Shown piece by piece: positions 12,376-28,907 of a stretch of 64,000 nt of DNA. The notes under the pieces were generated by a model, which saw nothing but the letters and a program-made list of their open reading frames with translations, did no database searches and was not told the DNA's origin. The translations under genes and the position numbers were made by a program. This stretch comes from Eledone cirrhosa (Eukaryota). How positions within the stretch are numbered: the first letter of the stretch is position 1; each line of letters opens with the position of its first letter. The DNA lies in contig OZ024741.1 in assembly GCA_964016885.1 (NCBI GenBank), forward strand, positions 383,222,001 through 383,286,000. The letters run 5' to 3'.

Positions 12376-13315
12376 TTAATACAATAACAGAGATAGTTTA
12401 AAGCTAAACTCTGACTGGTAACCATCTCACTCAACAAACATTAGGTTATATTAAAATATAAACCCAATTTAAGTGTTTGGGGTGCTAACAATATGTATAA
12501 TGTGGAAAAACCAGTTGTATTATTTTATGAGATATAATTAAAGTTAAAGTATATCTCTCTTTCCAAACAATTGTTTCATTATAAGTTTTCTACAATTTTG
12601 GGAGAATGTTTCCAGTTTATGTAGAAGCCTAATATATATTCATGTAAGAGTATATTTAGGTGGGCCCTTATAAATCATCAGTGGAAGCCCATTAAACATT
12701 GATATAAGAAAACAATTTCTTACCGCTGTCAAAAATCCTGTCCGTGAAGTCGCTCTCTCTCACCTCGAATGACCGCCAAATTTGAAATTCCAGCAGTTTT
12801 TGACTGAGGAATTATCATAGCGACACGAAGCGGGAAGGGGAGACAACCCACGATCCACGAAATGAGGAAAAAAAATAATATACACGCGGGTTAATTAGTT
12901 TTTTTGAAAACATTATCAATCCAACGTGTTTAAGAACTCAATTGAAAATAAAAAAATAAATATATGCTTGTATAAATTACACACGCATATAGATATTTTC
13001 TTAGGCTAAATCGGAAGTTGTACCCTAATAAGAACCGCTTCTCATAACCGCACTAAATGCATAAAGTTATGTTATATAGGGCAAATGGGAATATAATTCT
13101 CCGGCCGAATTATTAAGAGTAAAATATAAAACACACGCGGGTTAATTAGTTATTTCAAAACCAATATTAATTCCTCGTGTAAAGAACTCAATTAATAAAA
13201 GAAAATAATTACATATATGCATGTAATTATATACGTAGGCATATATATATATTTTTTTCCTAGGCTAAAAAACAGAGAAGTTACAACCCCAAAAAGCCAC
13301 AATATTTCACAACAG

Positions 13316-13318
<3 letters not shown>
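12376..13318 (-). mobile_element. ~900-bp non-coding repeat, copy 2 (inverted relative to 8122-9009)
   Basis: Colinear reverse-complement match, (TA)n on both sides. Confidence 0.7.
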
Positions 13319-13383
<65 letters not shown>

Positions 13384-13386
13384 TAT

Positions 13387-13522
<136 letters not shown>

Positions 13523-13534
13523 ACAAACAAACAG

Positions 13535-13830
13535 CCCGAAATACGGCCGAATTACGAGTGGGACTGGCTTTGTGCAGTGTCTTTGCTCACTATAAAAGCT
13601 TCAAGGCACAGGCATTGCTTTATATCTGGAGATCTCTCTGCACTTATCTTCAAATGGTACCATGGGCCCAGCACTATGTGTCTAATTGTCACAAGTGTAG
13701 TGTTTGTACCAGAGTTTTCAAGTCGCTGGCTGGACTAAAAAGTCACACTCGTTCAGCGCATCCGTAGGGGTTCTCCTACATGGATATAAAATAGTGCCTA
13801 TACTCGAAAACGTGTTGGTAGCCACCATGT
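13535..13830 (+). mobile_element. RTE LINE 3' end with a terminal C2H2 finger
   Basis: [22 protein letters not shown] closely matches the C-terminus of the RTE at 61002 ([10 protein letters not shown]). Confidence 0.65.
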
Positions 13831-13931
13831 ATATATATATATGTATATATGTATATTTGTACATATTTGTATGTGTATGTATGTATATGTGTATATATAT
13901 ATATATGTATGTGTATGTGTATGTATGTGTG

Positions 13932-14064
<133 letters not shown>

Positions 14065-14254
14065 GTGTATATGTATGTATATGTGTATATATGTATATGT
14101 GTGTGTATGTGAGTATATATATGTATGTATATGTGTATGTATGTGTATGTGTATATGTATATATATATATATATATATTATATTATGAAATACTGTTGGC
14201 TTCTTGCTCACATTAATTTCTCTATTTTCATTTATATACATATATATTTATAAA

Positions 14255-16105
14255 ACACAAAATCACTGGCTCTACTGTTGGCCCTCTAATTGATGAAAAT
14301 GGCACTCTTCAAGACAATGCTAAAGCCATAGGTGAGATACTGCAGAAACAATACTGCTCTGTTTTCAGCAATCCTTATATGGCTGATCTGGGCTGTATCG
14401 GCGATGTTACTCCCCATTACACCTTATCGGACATAACGTTTGGCGCCCCTGATGTCTTAGCGGCAATAAAGGAAATCAAGCATAATTCAGCAGTAGGTCC
14501 CGATATGTTCCCTGCTTGTGTCTTGAAGGGGTGTCAACACCAACTTGCATCTCCTCTTGCCAATCTGTGGCGGAACTCACTGGATGCTGGATATGTGCCA
14601 GAAAACCTTCTATCCCAGTCTGTTGTCCCAGTTTTCAAAAAAGCAAACGAATCCCTTGCTGTAAATTACCGTCCAATCTCACTCACCTCTCATATCATTA
14701 ATGTATTTGAGAGAGTGGTGAGATCGCGAATGACTCACTTCCTTGAGAGTAACAATATGCTGAACTCCAACCAACATGGATTCCGTAATGGAAGGGATTT
14801 CCTGACGCAGCTACTGCATCACTTTGATGACATTTTGAGAGCCTTGGGAGAGGGTTCCAACACTGATGTTATCTACCTTGATTTCAGCAAGGCCTTTGAC
14901 AGGGTTGATCACAACATTCTACTGAGAAAGCTGTCCAATATTGGTGTCACTGGAAAGCTGCTGCAGTGGATCAAGAGCTTCCTGTCAAACAGAACCCAAC
15001 TTGTTGTAGTCGAAGGAGTCAAATCCAGCCCAGCCAAAGTCAGTAGTGGGGTCCCACAAGGCACTGTGTTGGGCCCACTTCTCTTCATCATCTATATTAA
15101 TGACATCACTGACATCATCAAACACAGCAACATTAGAATTTTCGCTGATGATTCCAAGCTCCAAAAGGTCATCAATGGCGTGGATGACCGGATAAGCCTT
15201 CAGTCAGACCTACTGGCTGTTACCTAATGGGCGGAAAAGAACAACATGTTACTGAACGAAGACAAATTCGAACTGATCCACTTTGGAAAAGGGGATGCTC
15301 TGAAACACCCGTACTCCCTTCCCTCCGGTGAAACTCTCGTGGCATCTAACAACATCAGAGACTTGGGAGTAACCGTGGACAGCAACATAAGCTGGGCCAC
15401 GCATATAAGCAGCAAAGTTGACATGGCCCGCAGAATGTGTTCCTGATCCTCAGAACCTTCCAGTCGAGAGATTCCCACACCATTATCCTTCTCTTCTCCA
15501 CTTTTGCCCGACCACACATTGAATACTGTTGTCCACTGTGGTCTCCCCACACGAAACAAAGTATCATGAAACTTGAAGCTCCTCTAAGAGCAATCACAAA
15601 AAAGATAGATGGCATGTCAGATCTTGACTACTGGGGTCGACTAGAAAAGCTGAAACTTTACTCACTCCAACGTCGCCGTGAGCGTTATATTATCTGCATG
15701 ATGTGGAAAATGTTTCATCAGCACTGCCCAAATGATGTTGGCATCACCTTCAAAATACACCCAAGGCTTGGGCCCCGTGCTATCTGTCCCAGACAAAAAT
15801 CTAAATCGCAACACATAACAACAATACGGCACAATTATTTCACCTCAATCGGCCCTGCTCTCTTCAACATCACACCAGGACACGTCAAACGAGAAACTGA
15901 CCACACAAAATTCAAGAAGTCTTTGTACAAATTCCTCCAAGTAATCCCGGATAAACCACCCACACCCGGATATGTCTCCGCAAACAGTAATTCTCTTTTC
16001 GAATGGGCCATGGTGCCCAAATCCTGAGTTGAAAGACTTCACCAGGTGGTACTATTAAGTTAGACATGGCCTGGGCCAATACTTGCCAAAACATTTCAAA
16101 GTTAT
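14255..16105 (+). mobile_element. 5'-truncated CR1/L2-group LINE, RT pseudogene
   Basis: NYRPISLTS, QHGFR, YLDFSKAFDRVDH, GVPQGTVLGPLLF, FADD, LYSLQRRRER. Stop at 15225 and frameshift near 15440. Short ttcaaagtta tandem tail. Confidence 0.92.
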
Positions 16106-16136
16106 TCAAATATTCAAAGTTATATATATATATGTG

Positions 16137-16254
<118 letters not shown>

Positions 16255-16264
16255 CGTGTGTGTG

Positions 16265-16311
<47 letters not shown>

Positions 16312-16408
16312 GTGTATATATGTGTATGTGTGTGTATATGTATTTGTGTATATATGAATATATATATGTATATACATGTGTATGTGTGTGTGTATATATA
16401 TATGTGTA

Positions 16409-16451
<43 letters not shown>

Positions 16452-16498
16452 GTGTGTATATGTGTATATATATATATATGTATATATGTATATATGTT

Positions 16499-16575
<77 letters not shown>

Positions 16576-16740
16576 GTATGTATGTATTGGTGTATATATA
16601 TATATATATGTATACACATATATATATATGTATGTGTAAATATATTTGTATGTGTATGTATGTGTATATATATATGTGTATGTATATATATATATATATA
16701 TATGTATATGTATGTATACATATATGTATATGAGTATGTA

Positions 16741-16807
<67 letters not shown>

Positions 16808-17953
16808 CGAAAGAAATGTGGTAAGGAACCAGGTGGACCATAACGCACCAAAGTACTCAATACTTAGGGTAGTAGAGTGGGTAATAGGAACGGCTAATTC
16901 TGGACTAAACTTAGTCCAGAATGAGCCGTCGAAACGGCTTGAGCTCAGCCGTCGGGGTCCTACTGGTTCCTCGATTTAGGTAGACTTAGTAAGACGATTC
17001 TTGATAGAATTATACCTGAAATTAGAAGTTTGGCCCCGGCTTGCAGTGTGGAACAATACCTTCGCGGTGATTGATTGGTTCAACGGCATATGTAACAAGG
17101 AACATTGCCGTTTTATTCAATTCGACATCAACAATTACTACTCCTCCATCACCTTACCACTTCTCCTTAGGGCTATCAATTTCGCTAAAACACTCACAGT
17201 GGTTAAGGATTTCGAAGTTGATTTCATCCTCAATGCCCGAAAGTCGGTGATTAATTTCGACGACTCTATTTGGATTTAAAAATCCAATAGTACACCATTC
17301 GAAGTGAGTATGGGCGCCAGTGATTCTGCAGAGGTTACTGATCTTATCGGCCTTTTCCTTCTTTTCTCTATCAAGGACGAATTCCCCAACGCGGGCGATG
17401 GTTTGTACCGTGACGATGGTCTTTTGACCATGACTAAGTGCGGACCTCGTGCTTGCGACAGGTTCAGAAAAGAACTCACAGCCTTCTTTAAAGGCTTCAA
17501 CCTCTCTATATAGGTTTTTGGCCAATCTCTCGGTCGTTAATTACCTCGACGTTACCCTCAACTTATTGAATGAGTTGTATTACGCGTATAGAAAGCCGAA
17601 TGATACGCTTAATTACATAAGTAAGCATTCCAACCATCCTGCCAGCATAACCAAGAACCTGGTAAGAAACGTTTTGTTGAGGCTTTCCCGTATTTCCACC
17701 AACGAGCGTATTTTCAACGACCATTCCACTTATTACAATGAAGTCTTGCTCGAAGTGGATTTGTCGATAAGGTAGCATATACAGAGCACGAAAATAGACC
17801 TAGAAGAAATAGATCCCGTCGCATTTGTTGGTATAACCCACCATATAATATGGAGGTGGCCACACCATTAGCTAAGATCTTTCTTTCCCTTATTACGAAG
17901 CATTTTCCCCTACACATAAATATAGTAACATTTTTAATAGAAATACTATTAAA

Positions 17954-18499
17954 ATGTCTTACTCTACGACTCCTAACCTTGCACATAACATCACAGCTTC
18001 AAATTTAGCTAAACTACCTAGCCGTATGAACACGTGCAACCCTGTAGTTAGTACTAACTGTAATTGTAGGAATCGGGTTGATTGCCCCCTATCCGGGAAA
18101 TGCCTCTCTAGTAACATTGTCTACAAATGTAAGGTTGTAACACCCACGTCCCGTAGGGCCTACATAGGGTTAACTGCCAATAGATTCAAGCAGCGTCTTT
18201 ACATGCATACCCATTCTTTTCGTTACCCTCTAAGAAGGAATATGACGTCACTTTCAGCTTATATCTGGAGTCTAAAAGACAACCACACCACATATAAGTT
18301 ACACTGGGAGATCCTAGCTAGGGCTAGATCGTATAACGGAAATAAAAGACCATGTGACCTCTGCGCCGCTGAGGCCCTGGAAATACTCTACGCCACAGAC
18401 ATAATCTTAAACAAAAAATCTGAGGCAATTTCGGCTTGTAAACATAAATTGCACAAAACCTTCCTTTATTACAGCCCCACGTTATACCCTAACGGATAG
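17954..18499 (+). pseudogene. PLE linker + GIY-YIG endonuclease (open segment)
   Basis: CNCRNRVDCPLSGKC, IVYKC, YIGLTANRFKQR, CDLCAAE, LNKKSE. Confidence 0.85.
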
Positions 18500-19425
18500 T
18501 ACGATCTATACGTGGATATTTTACGTCTCGATGTGGGAGCTAAGTATATGTTTTGTTTATACCTTTACTTATTTGCATAGATATGTATATATTATCCGTA
18601 TGTTTTGTGAAGGTACGTATACCTTCTCGTACGTATATTTGACTGTTATGGCGTATCATTTTTTTATATATTCTGGTACATATGGTTCGGCTATGTGTAT
18701 ACGGGAGTTTTGCGTCTGTGTGAGTATGCAGGTTCGTACGTATGTAGGGCGTGTGTTATGTGTACTTCATGTTTTGGTTGACTTACGTCTCCGAACATTC
18801 GTGTACTTACATGTAGGTATGTCTGTGCGCTTGTTATATACGTATTTATTTATATACGTTTATATAATTATTTATTTATTTGTATACACGCTTACACACA
18901 CACACATATTTATATGTGCGTGGTTTTGTTTACCAATGGTAAGTTTTTGCGTATGCTTGTGTATGTACGTATTTGTTTGCGTGTATGTATTTATTTATTT
19001 CTATTACTTCTGTATTGTATTTATTTACTTTGTTCTTAACTCTGTAGCGGAGATTCATTCGGCCTCCTAGTTAGAATTTAGTCTACGACTTCTGCTATAC
19101 CATTTACGTGGTTTTGTCTTTGCGTGCTTTTGTTCTCCACGCTCCACATACGACGTATTATCTTCGTTTTTTTTCGTTCATTGCCAGAGAACGTCTCTAT
19201 GCACCCTAAGAGAACATTAGTCTATGACCTCTTTTATACCATAAACGTGGTTCTGTCTTTGCGCGTAATTGTTTTTCACTGCTCCTATTAATGACGTATT
19301 ATATTCGTTTTTTCCCGTTCTTAGCCACCGAACGTTTCCACGAACCAAAGTATCGTCTTCCTGTCTTCCGCCGGTTGCAAAGTTTTTTGAAATAACCAGT
19401 TCTGCGTTTACAGATTGACTTTGTT

Positions 19426-19476
19426 AGTTTCAGAAGATCCCGTTAAGGGTGAAAGCAGCGATTGTTAGCTTAAACT
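19426..19476 (+). ncRNA. Hammerhead motif at the PLE 3' end (CAGAAGA core variant)
   Basis: agttt-CAGAAGA-t-ccc-gttaa-ggg-t-GAAA-gc..gc-TT-aaact. The same core occurs in the 5645-5708 copy. Confidence 0.55.
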
Positions 19477-19499
19477 TTAATCTGTTATTTAATAAATAT

Positions 19500-21235
<1,736 letters not shown>

Positions 21236-21249
21236 AATGTAGACGATAT

Positions 21250-21462
21250 CATGTCTTCCTATTTTATCAGATGACAACACAAATGTTATTGCATGATGAT
21301 ATTTGTTTTTGAAATGCGCATAATAAAATACATAGAACTCTTTTAACCATCTTTTGATCTTATATATTATGTATACTCCAGTCCTACAAACTGTAGAGTG
21401 CTTCTTATCCGATATCTGCATTGCTTTATTGTACTACAATAAAACTCACCTCCTACATTATA
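21250..21462 (+). mobile_element. PLE pLTR remnant with an HHR at 21262-21328
   Basis: ttttat-CAGATGA-long stem II-GAAA-tgcgca-TA-ataaaa. Same family as 28490-28912. Confidence 0.75.
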
Positions 21463-21469
21463 TATATAG

Positions 21470-21634
<165 letters not shown>

Positions 21635-21844
21635 TTACACAAGTATCAAAGTTATGCTTAAAACATTTAATCGCTGACAATTGGAGCATTATCAATATTT
21701 GTACCTATAGTTAACCTCCTATTCAACTGTGGAATCATACAGATACATATATATTGATGTTGTGGACAACAGTTTCATGTTTACAGGGTGGAATGGATGC
21801 GACATATATTATACGAGAATTGTACAATAATTCAAATTAAGTTT

Positions 21845-22013
21845 AAAATTAAAATTAAAAATTAAAAATTAAAAATTAAAAATTGAAAAAATTAAAAATT
21901 AAAAATTAAAAATTAAAAATTAAAAATTAAAAATTAAAAATTAAAAATTAAAAATTAAAAATTAAAAATTAAAAATTAAAAATTAAAAATTAAAAATTAA
22001 AATTAAAATTAAA
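21845..22013. repeat. (AAAAATT)n tandem repeat inside the PLE 3' region
   Basis: Directly visible. Confidence 0.95.
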
Positions 22014-25000
22014 TGCATAGTGTGGAATACATGCGACAGATAATACAAGAGAATAGTCTAATAATTAAACTAAAGAGATAGTACATGCGTTAGTCATATA
22101 TAACGGAATGGAATAAGCAAATGTATCATGCATATATGAGTACTGTATGGAAAGCTATTACATAAAATACAAGCACTTTAAGCGAATATGTTAGTGTATT
22201 ATGGTGGAGCCAATGCGATGATATTTTCTGTATAGTTCAAATTTGTATGTGTGTAGAATATGAAAGTTACAGATTTCACATACATTACATATGTTAAGTT
22301 ATATTTGTATTGAATGTTTGTTATAGTAATGGATTGTAACTTGGTGTTATTGTATTCATATTTATGGATTAGAGTTGTTCTACTGCGAGAATTTTCAAAT
22401 GTTTAATATCCGGAAGTGGATATGGAATTAAGGGGAGCTAATGCGTAAGGGGAGGTAACTAACTCATTATAATAATTAAATTCCTTGCTCTAATATACAT
22501 AATATAGTGCCTCAATTGAATCCCTTATATAAAATTATATATTTATATCTAATTTAATTTCAAATACAGTCTATTCTCTCATAATATATTAAAGGTTTCA
22601 TTAGATTGTTGTATACCCAATATTATATAGTGTCATAATTGAATCCCTTATACAAAATGTTATATATTTATATTTAATTTTAAATACAGTCTACTCTCTC
22701 ATAATATATTAAAGGTTTCATTAGATTGTTAGCTACCCAATATTTGGCAAGATATGGAATAACGTATAGCTGTTTGCATGATAAATTAGATACATCCCTT
22801 GAGTAAATAAATTAATCTTTTATATACAATGTTATTAATTCATACATTTAATTATATGTGTATATATAATTCATTGTTCCATATTACATTTAAGTTAGAT
22901 AAATCCCTTATGTTAATAAATTAATCCTTTATATACAATGTTATTAATTTATATATTTAATTATAAATGTATATATATAATCCAGTGTTACATTTAATAT
23001 TTAAAGTTTATATATATTATATTATATTTCAATCACTATATAATTATAAGTAATCTAAAGAAATTATGTTAACATGTGGTGACTATAAGAATATTTCTAG
23101 AGTATAATGTTAGAGATAAGAATGATTTGTGTAGAGGAAAGGGTGGATCAAAGAGTGTGATGCAGGGGTGGAAGGCAAGTCTTAGAGGTGAAGTGCTAAT
23201 GGTGGTGATGAGTTCAAATCTGACATTGTTATATACTAGGTTTAAAGCTATGGAATGAGAGTAGGAAGCGGTGCTGACACGATGCAAAACACTTCCGAGT
23301 TTTTATTTAGGAGGTTAAGATTCGAAAAGATTATAGTCTGGGTCTCTAGGAGACAGAGGTTACAAAATGTATTAGGTTGTTTATACGATGCATCCCTACC
23401 TACTACTTCCCATTGAAGTGTATATGTTCTATTCATAGTTTTCAGATAGTGTATGTAGATAGTGAAATGGAGTTGGCTAGATTGGGTTTTTTGAAAGAGT
23501 GTAGGTGCGAGTTGTATCTCGTCTTGAAGCAGTTCGAAGTAGAGCCTATATGCGTTTTAGAAGATTTGTTAGTGTTGACCGTGCAGGAGTAAATGATGTC
23601 TTTGATTAAGCAGTTATTACCTAAAGGGCAAGTTCCATTTGATCTACAGTTACATTTATTTTGGCTGTTATCTTGTCGGTTATTATGTTGCTAGGGTTAG
23701 TATTAGGGCTATGATGGTTGTCGTTCCTAATGTTATTGATTTCATTAGTGTTATTACTATTATTACTATTGCTATTAGGGTTTGTAGTTATTAGGTTGTT
23801 CTGAAAGTTAACCTCCTGCTGTGTTTTAATTTGTTGAAAATAAGTATTAATCTTTCTTTTATTACTACTAGCTATATGGTATGCTATATTAGGTGTGTTA
23901 GGATAAGAGATTTTAATGGTGTTTTTATTTATAAAATTATGGTTTTTGTGGCCAGATGGAAAGTTTTTTTCTAGGATTGAGAAGAAAGCCTTAGGTAAGT
24001 TGGTAGAGACGTTTAGATTGAAAGCGGGATTGAAAAATGTATTAGTTCTTCTATTTTTGTTTTTTATAATATCTATTCAGGTATTTCTGTTTATAATATT
24101 CTTTTGGTGTCTACTTTGGTGCAAGTTAAGTTTGATACTACCCTTCGTATTAGAGTAAGGGTGGCTATTATTCTTATTATTATTTTTCCTCATGGCCATA
24201 TTTTGAGAAATAATGCTGTAACTATGTGATTTTATAGGTAGGAATTCAATCCCATTATTATGGCCTGATTTAACTAATGCCTGATTATAGTATTGTGAAT
24301 TATTGTTAAATATGGTTTCGTTATAAGATAGATTAGAGATTCTATTAGATATTCCTTTAGTGATTGAGTTTAATATGGATTTAGTGTGGTTAGACTTGGT
24401 ATCTACATAAATTAATTTTTCGTTAGGTTTATGAAAGGGTGTATATATTTTAGAGTCTAGGTAAAGGTAGCATCAAGGAAGTTAACATTTTTAGTGTTTT
24501 TGTCTATGGTGATACATAAGTTGAAGTTTTGGAAAATTTTATGTAATAGTTTGCTAGTTCTTTCTATATTAAATTGTTTATAGTCTATAAGGAGTAGTGC
24601 ATCATCGCGGTATAAGCCACCGTTGAGGTATGATAGGTCTTTATGGATTTCATTTTGTAGATATAGGCCCACCAAATCAGTGACCTGCGCCGAGTCAGTA
24701 GATCCCATAATTATATCAAAGTTGTTATGCGTGTCCTTGTGGGTCCATAATTGATCTTCAAATGTAATTATGGTTTTTCGGGCCGCAAGTATGACATCAA
24801 TCTGGGATCTAGTCAGGTCACTATTGTTCATGGCCATAATAAGTGCCTTATTTAATAGGATAGGGGAAATAGAGGTGTAGTATGAATTGATATCAAACTG
24901 TATACATTTTTTATTTTTGTTCTCTTTAATATCCTTAAACCATTCAATAACTTCACCTGTATTTCCCCACTGGTTAAGATATATTTTGCGCTTAATCTGT

Positions 25001-25883
25001 GGGATGATTTTATTTAAGATTTTCTTACTGATAATACCAATGTCAGATTTGGAAGGGCAGATTTGTCTTATCGAAGGGTTATTAATGAAATCTTCCTTAT
25101 GGTCCTTCAAAAAGAATGTTGGGGGGTTAGGGGTGTATGGCTGTTTATGTCTCTTATGTCCCAATTTACACACTATACGACGGCCTTCCAAATTAATGTC
25201 TTCTAGGTTTCTAATAGTAGTTTTCCTATAGCTCCTATGTAGTTTTTTATATATACATTTTCTATATGTATCATAATCTAGGCTATATATATTATTAGTT
25301 TTATCTGCATGTACTATAATTTTATTATTTGTATTGAATCCTTTAATAGTGGAGTTAAGTTTGTTTAAGAAGATGTTGTTTCTATTACGATGATTTTTGT
25401 ATTTAATGTTCTTAACTAGTTTTATTAGGTCATTTTCAAAAGAGTTTAATAATGTGTTGTGGGGAGGGCTTTTAAAGCTTTTAAAGCCGAAATAGTCAAA
25501 TTTGTTAGTATCATCAGTTTTGTTATCATAATGGAATGTCAGCTCACTCTATTGATAAAGGAGTTGACACTATTGATCAATAATTTTGCATATGTATATT
25601 TAGATGGTATTGGTATGTTCTTAGTAGACATAGGAAGGTAGTCTTTGATCAGCATACTGGTAATTTTAATGTATGTTAGCGCAACAGTATGGAGCAGTTA
25701 ATATTAAAGATACTATTTATAGTTATGTATATACTATACTGTAAACAACTATAAACAGGGAAGGTCAGTAATTTATTACTACCTTATTACCAATAAGAGA
25801 AATAGCTCAATGTAAGAACATCAGTTGTTTTACAGAGCAGTAATATAGATTACACAAGTATCAAAGTTATGTTTAAAACATTT

Positions 25884-25935
25884 AATCGCTGACAATTGTT
25901 TCTTCCAAACTTAAGCTTGGGGTCCTCGGAGCATT
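25884..25935 (-). ncRNA. Hammerhead motif in the upstream pLTR (CCGAGGA)
   Basis: aatgct-CCGAGGA-cc-ccaagc-ttaa-gtttgg-aa-GAAA-caattg-TC-agcgatt. Confidence 0.7.
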
Positions 25936-25959
25936 ATCAATATTTGTATATATATATAG

Positions 25960-25990
<31 letters not shown>

Positions 25991-26004
25991 TATATGTATT
26001 TATA

Positions 26005-26101
<97 letters not shown>

Positions 26102-26188
26102 ATATATATATGTGTATGTATATGTGTATATATATATATACATGTGTGTGTATATATATATATATATAAATAAATAAATGTGTATATA

Positions 26189-26229
<41 letters not shown>

Positions 26230-26268
26230 ATATATGTATATATATATATATATAAATAAATAAATGTG

Positions 26269-26319
<51 letters not shown>

Positions 26320-26347
26320 ATATATATATATGTATATATATATATCT

Positions 26348-27496
26348 CGATAATATTCCAAAGTAAAGAATAGTTAATGCTCTTTGATTTTAGGTCCCAT
26401 AGTAAGCTAGATAAAAAAGTTGAAGATTGTTTATTTATATTCGTAAATGAGCATTTATGGTTATTAAAACGAGATTTAAAGTCTCTGGAAGTAGAACCTA
26501 CATCATTAAATGAATTTAAATTAGTTTTTACATTACAATTATATACTATATATTTAGCTAAACAATTGCTATTTAACGGACAGTTAGATTTATTTCAACA
26601 GTTACATTTATCAAAATTCAAGTTACTAGGAGCCGTATTATTAAATTGGATATTGCTGGGGTTGTTAATGGTATTCTGGTTAGGTTTTAAGTTTCTATTA
26701 TTAATTCTATTAATATTCTGCGCTAAATTAATGGTGGTTGAATAAGTTAATTTTAAATTATGTCTATTAAATATTGAGTAATACCTATGTGTTCTAGGGA
26801 AGCATTTGTCAAGAGCTTTAAAGAATAGTTTAGCAATAGGAGTTTTAATATTTAATGAGAAAGGAGGAGCGAACCATAATATATTCCTAGTTCTATTTCT
26901 TTTTTTGTTTTTCGAATTATTGTAAGGTTTTCTATTACAGTTGTTAAAATTATGGTTAGTTGTTATATTATTATTATCAATGTATTTAATTGTATTACTA
27001 TATCCAGCTCTACCTAAAGCTTCCTTGTAATACTGTGCTTTATCATCAAAAATATTATTATTAGCTGAAATTCTAGAAATGCTTGGCTGTACAGAATTTA
27101 CTATAGTATTTTTAACGGATCTGGGGTGATTGGAGTTAAAATTAAGTAGTTTAAGTTCTCGTTTAATTTGTGAAATGGATAATGAAGACATGTGTTAAGG
27201 TTTAAGGTTACATCTAGAAAGTTAACTATTTTATAATTATTCTCTATTTCTACTTTAAGATTAAGGTAATTAAAAATTGTATAATTTCTATTCTTTTCCT
27301 ATTTAATTCACAGTTATTATTTTCGATAGATAATAGCATATCGTCGCAATATAAACCTCCGGTCATCTCCGGTATTTTTCTATGTAGACTATTATTTATA
27401 AAAAGTCCCACAAGATCCGTTATTTGGGCGGAATCAGATGACCCCATAGTGATATCGAAATTGTTATCTCTATCTGCTCTAGTCCAGAGGTCCATA
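26348..27496 (-). mobile_element. Internal fragment of a third Naiad-type PLE
   Basis: [59 protein letters not shown]. Confidence 0.85.
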
Positions 27497-27661
27497 ATTT
27501 GCTTTGGTGTCCTTGAAATATGTATAATGAAATAAATATGGTTTTATAAATATAGTTTCCATTTGTTAATATTTTGTATATATATATATATATTTATGTA
27601 TGTGTTTTTATGTATTTTGTATATGTGTATATATGTGTATTTCTGTAGATGTGTTTGTATA

Positions 27662-27720
<59 letters not shown>

Positions 27721-27773
27721 GTGTATATATGTGTATATGTGTGTATATATGTGTGTATATGTGTGTATATATG

Positions 27774-27806
<33 letters not shown>

Positions 27807-28289
27807 ATATATATGTATATATGTGTATATATATACATGCGTGTGTGTGTGAATGTGTCTGTTGACACCGGGAATTTAGCTTAAGAGAAACATGACAATA
27901 ATCATATGATAGGCACCAAATATTTTGAACTGGTTTATAGAATTCTCTTGGCCTTTGTCTCTCTAAGTAGAGCTTTAAAGTATTAGCTTCTAAAGAATTT
28001 CTCTTTTCTTTAAATCCATCAACCATGCCCGACCCCCAACCATCTTATAGACACCTGAAATATAGGCATTGTTAGCCTATGAGAAACTTAAAAATAACGA
28101 GTGGCTCCCCAATCTGAACTTGTCACTCTAAATATAAATTATAGCCTTAAAGATGAATTCCCTTCTCTTTTAGATATAGCTTTTAATGAATTCCCTTCTC
28201 TTTCAACCAATGACCTCCACCATCCCACTCCCCACCCTCTCCTACCACCTGAAAGGATATAAATACCACAACATTTATTTTGGAAAGCC

Positions 28290-28340
28290 AGATTCCTGAT
28301 GATTTCTAAAGAATGAAAAAGTTCTAGTTCTGTAGAATCT
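28290..28340 (+). ncRNA. Type I hammerhead motif in a pLTR remnant (about 27870-28420)
   Basis: agattc-CTGATGA-t-ttc-taaa-gaa-t-GAAA-aag..ctg-TA-gaatct. TATA-like tataaata about 30 bp upstream. Confidence 0.65.
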
Positions 28341-28421
28341 CATCTATATTAAAACTGTTATACTCTGCTATGTATTGAGTACCTTACTTACTGTGGTTAC
28401 CCCCGATTCAACCCGGAATAA

Positions 28422-28489
<68 letters not shown>

Positions 28490-28493
<4 letters not shown>

Positions 28494-28907
28494 GGAGGTG
28501 AGTTTTATTGTAGTACAACAAAGCAATGCAGATATCGGATAAGAAGCCCTCTACAGTTTGTAGGACTGGAGTATACATAATATACAAGATCAAAAGATGG
28601 TTAAAAGAGTTCCATGTATTTTATTAAGCGCATTTCAAAAACAAATATCATCATCCAATAACATTTGTGTTTCCATCAGATAAAATAGGAAGACATGATA
28701 TGAAGGTTAAAAACACTTGTGGATAGTGCAGTTTTAAATCAACATATCATATGTTGATTTAAAACTGCACTATCCACAAGTGTTTTTAAACTTCATATCA
28801 TGTCTTCCTATTTTATCTGATGAAAACACAAATGTTATTGCATGATGATATTTGTTTTTGAAATGCGCTTAATAAAATACATGGAACTCTTTTAACCATC
28901 TTTTCAT

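Larger units (their letters stand above)
16912..19497 (+). mobile_element. 5'-truncated Naiad-type Penelope-like element (RT + GIY-YIG), decayed
   Basis: FIQFDINNYYSSI, MGASDSAEV, LYRDDGL, YLDVTL, YRKPND, CxCx5Cx5C linker, IVY..YIGLT and CDLC in ORF 17954-18499. 3' UTR has a ~140-bp duplication (19078-19350). Confidence 0.9.

Noticed and set aside
13558-13767. Host C2H2 zinc-finger gene
   Set aside because: Matches the RTE C-terminus at 61002 and lacks TGEKP linkers
26590-26600. In-frame TGA next to the CNC motif, a possible Naiad selenocysteine
   Set aside because: It aligns to Arg (CNCR) in the other two Naiads, consistent with point decay. The conserved Cys positions I read are TGY. A TGA near 25540 aligns to Trp
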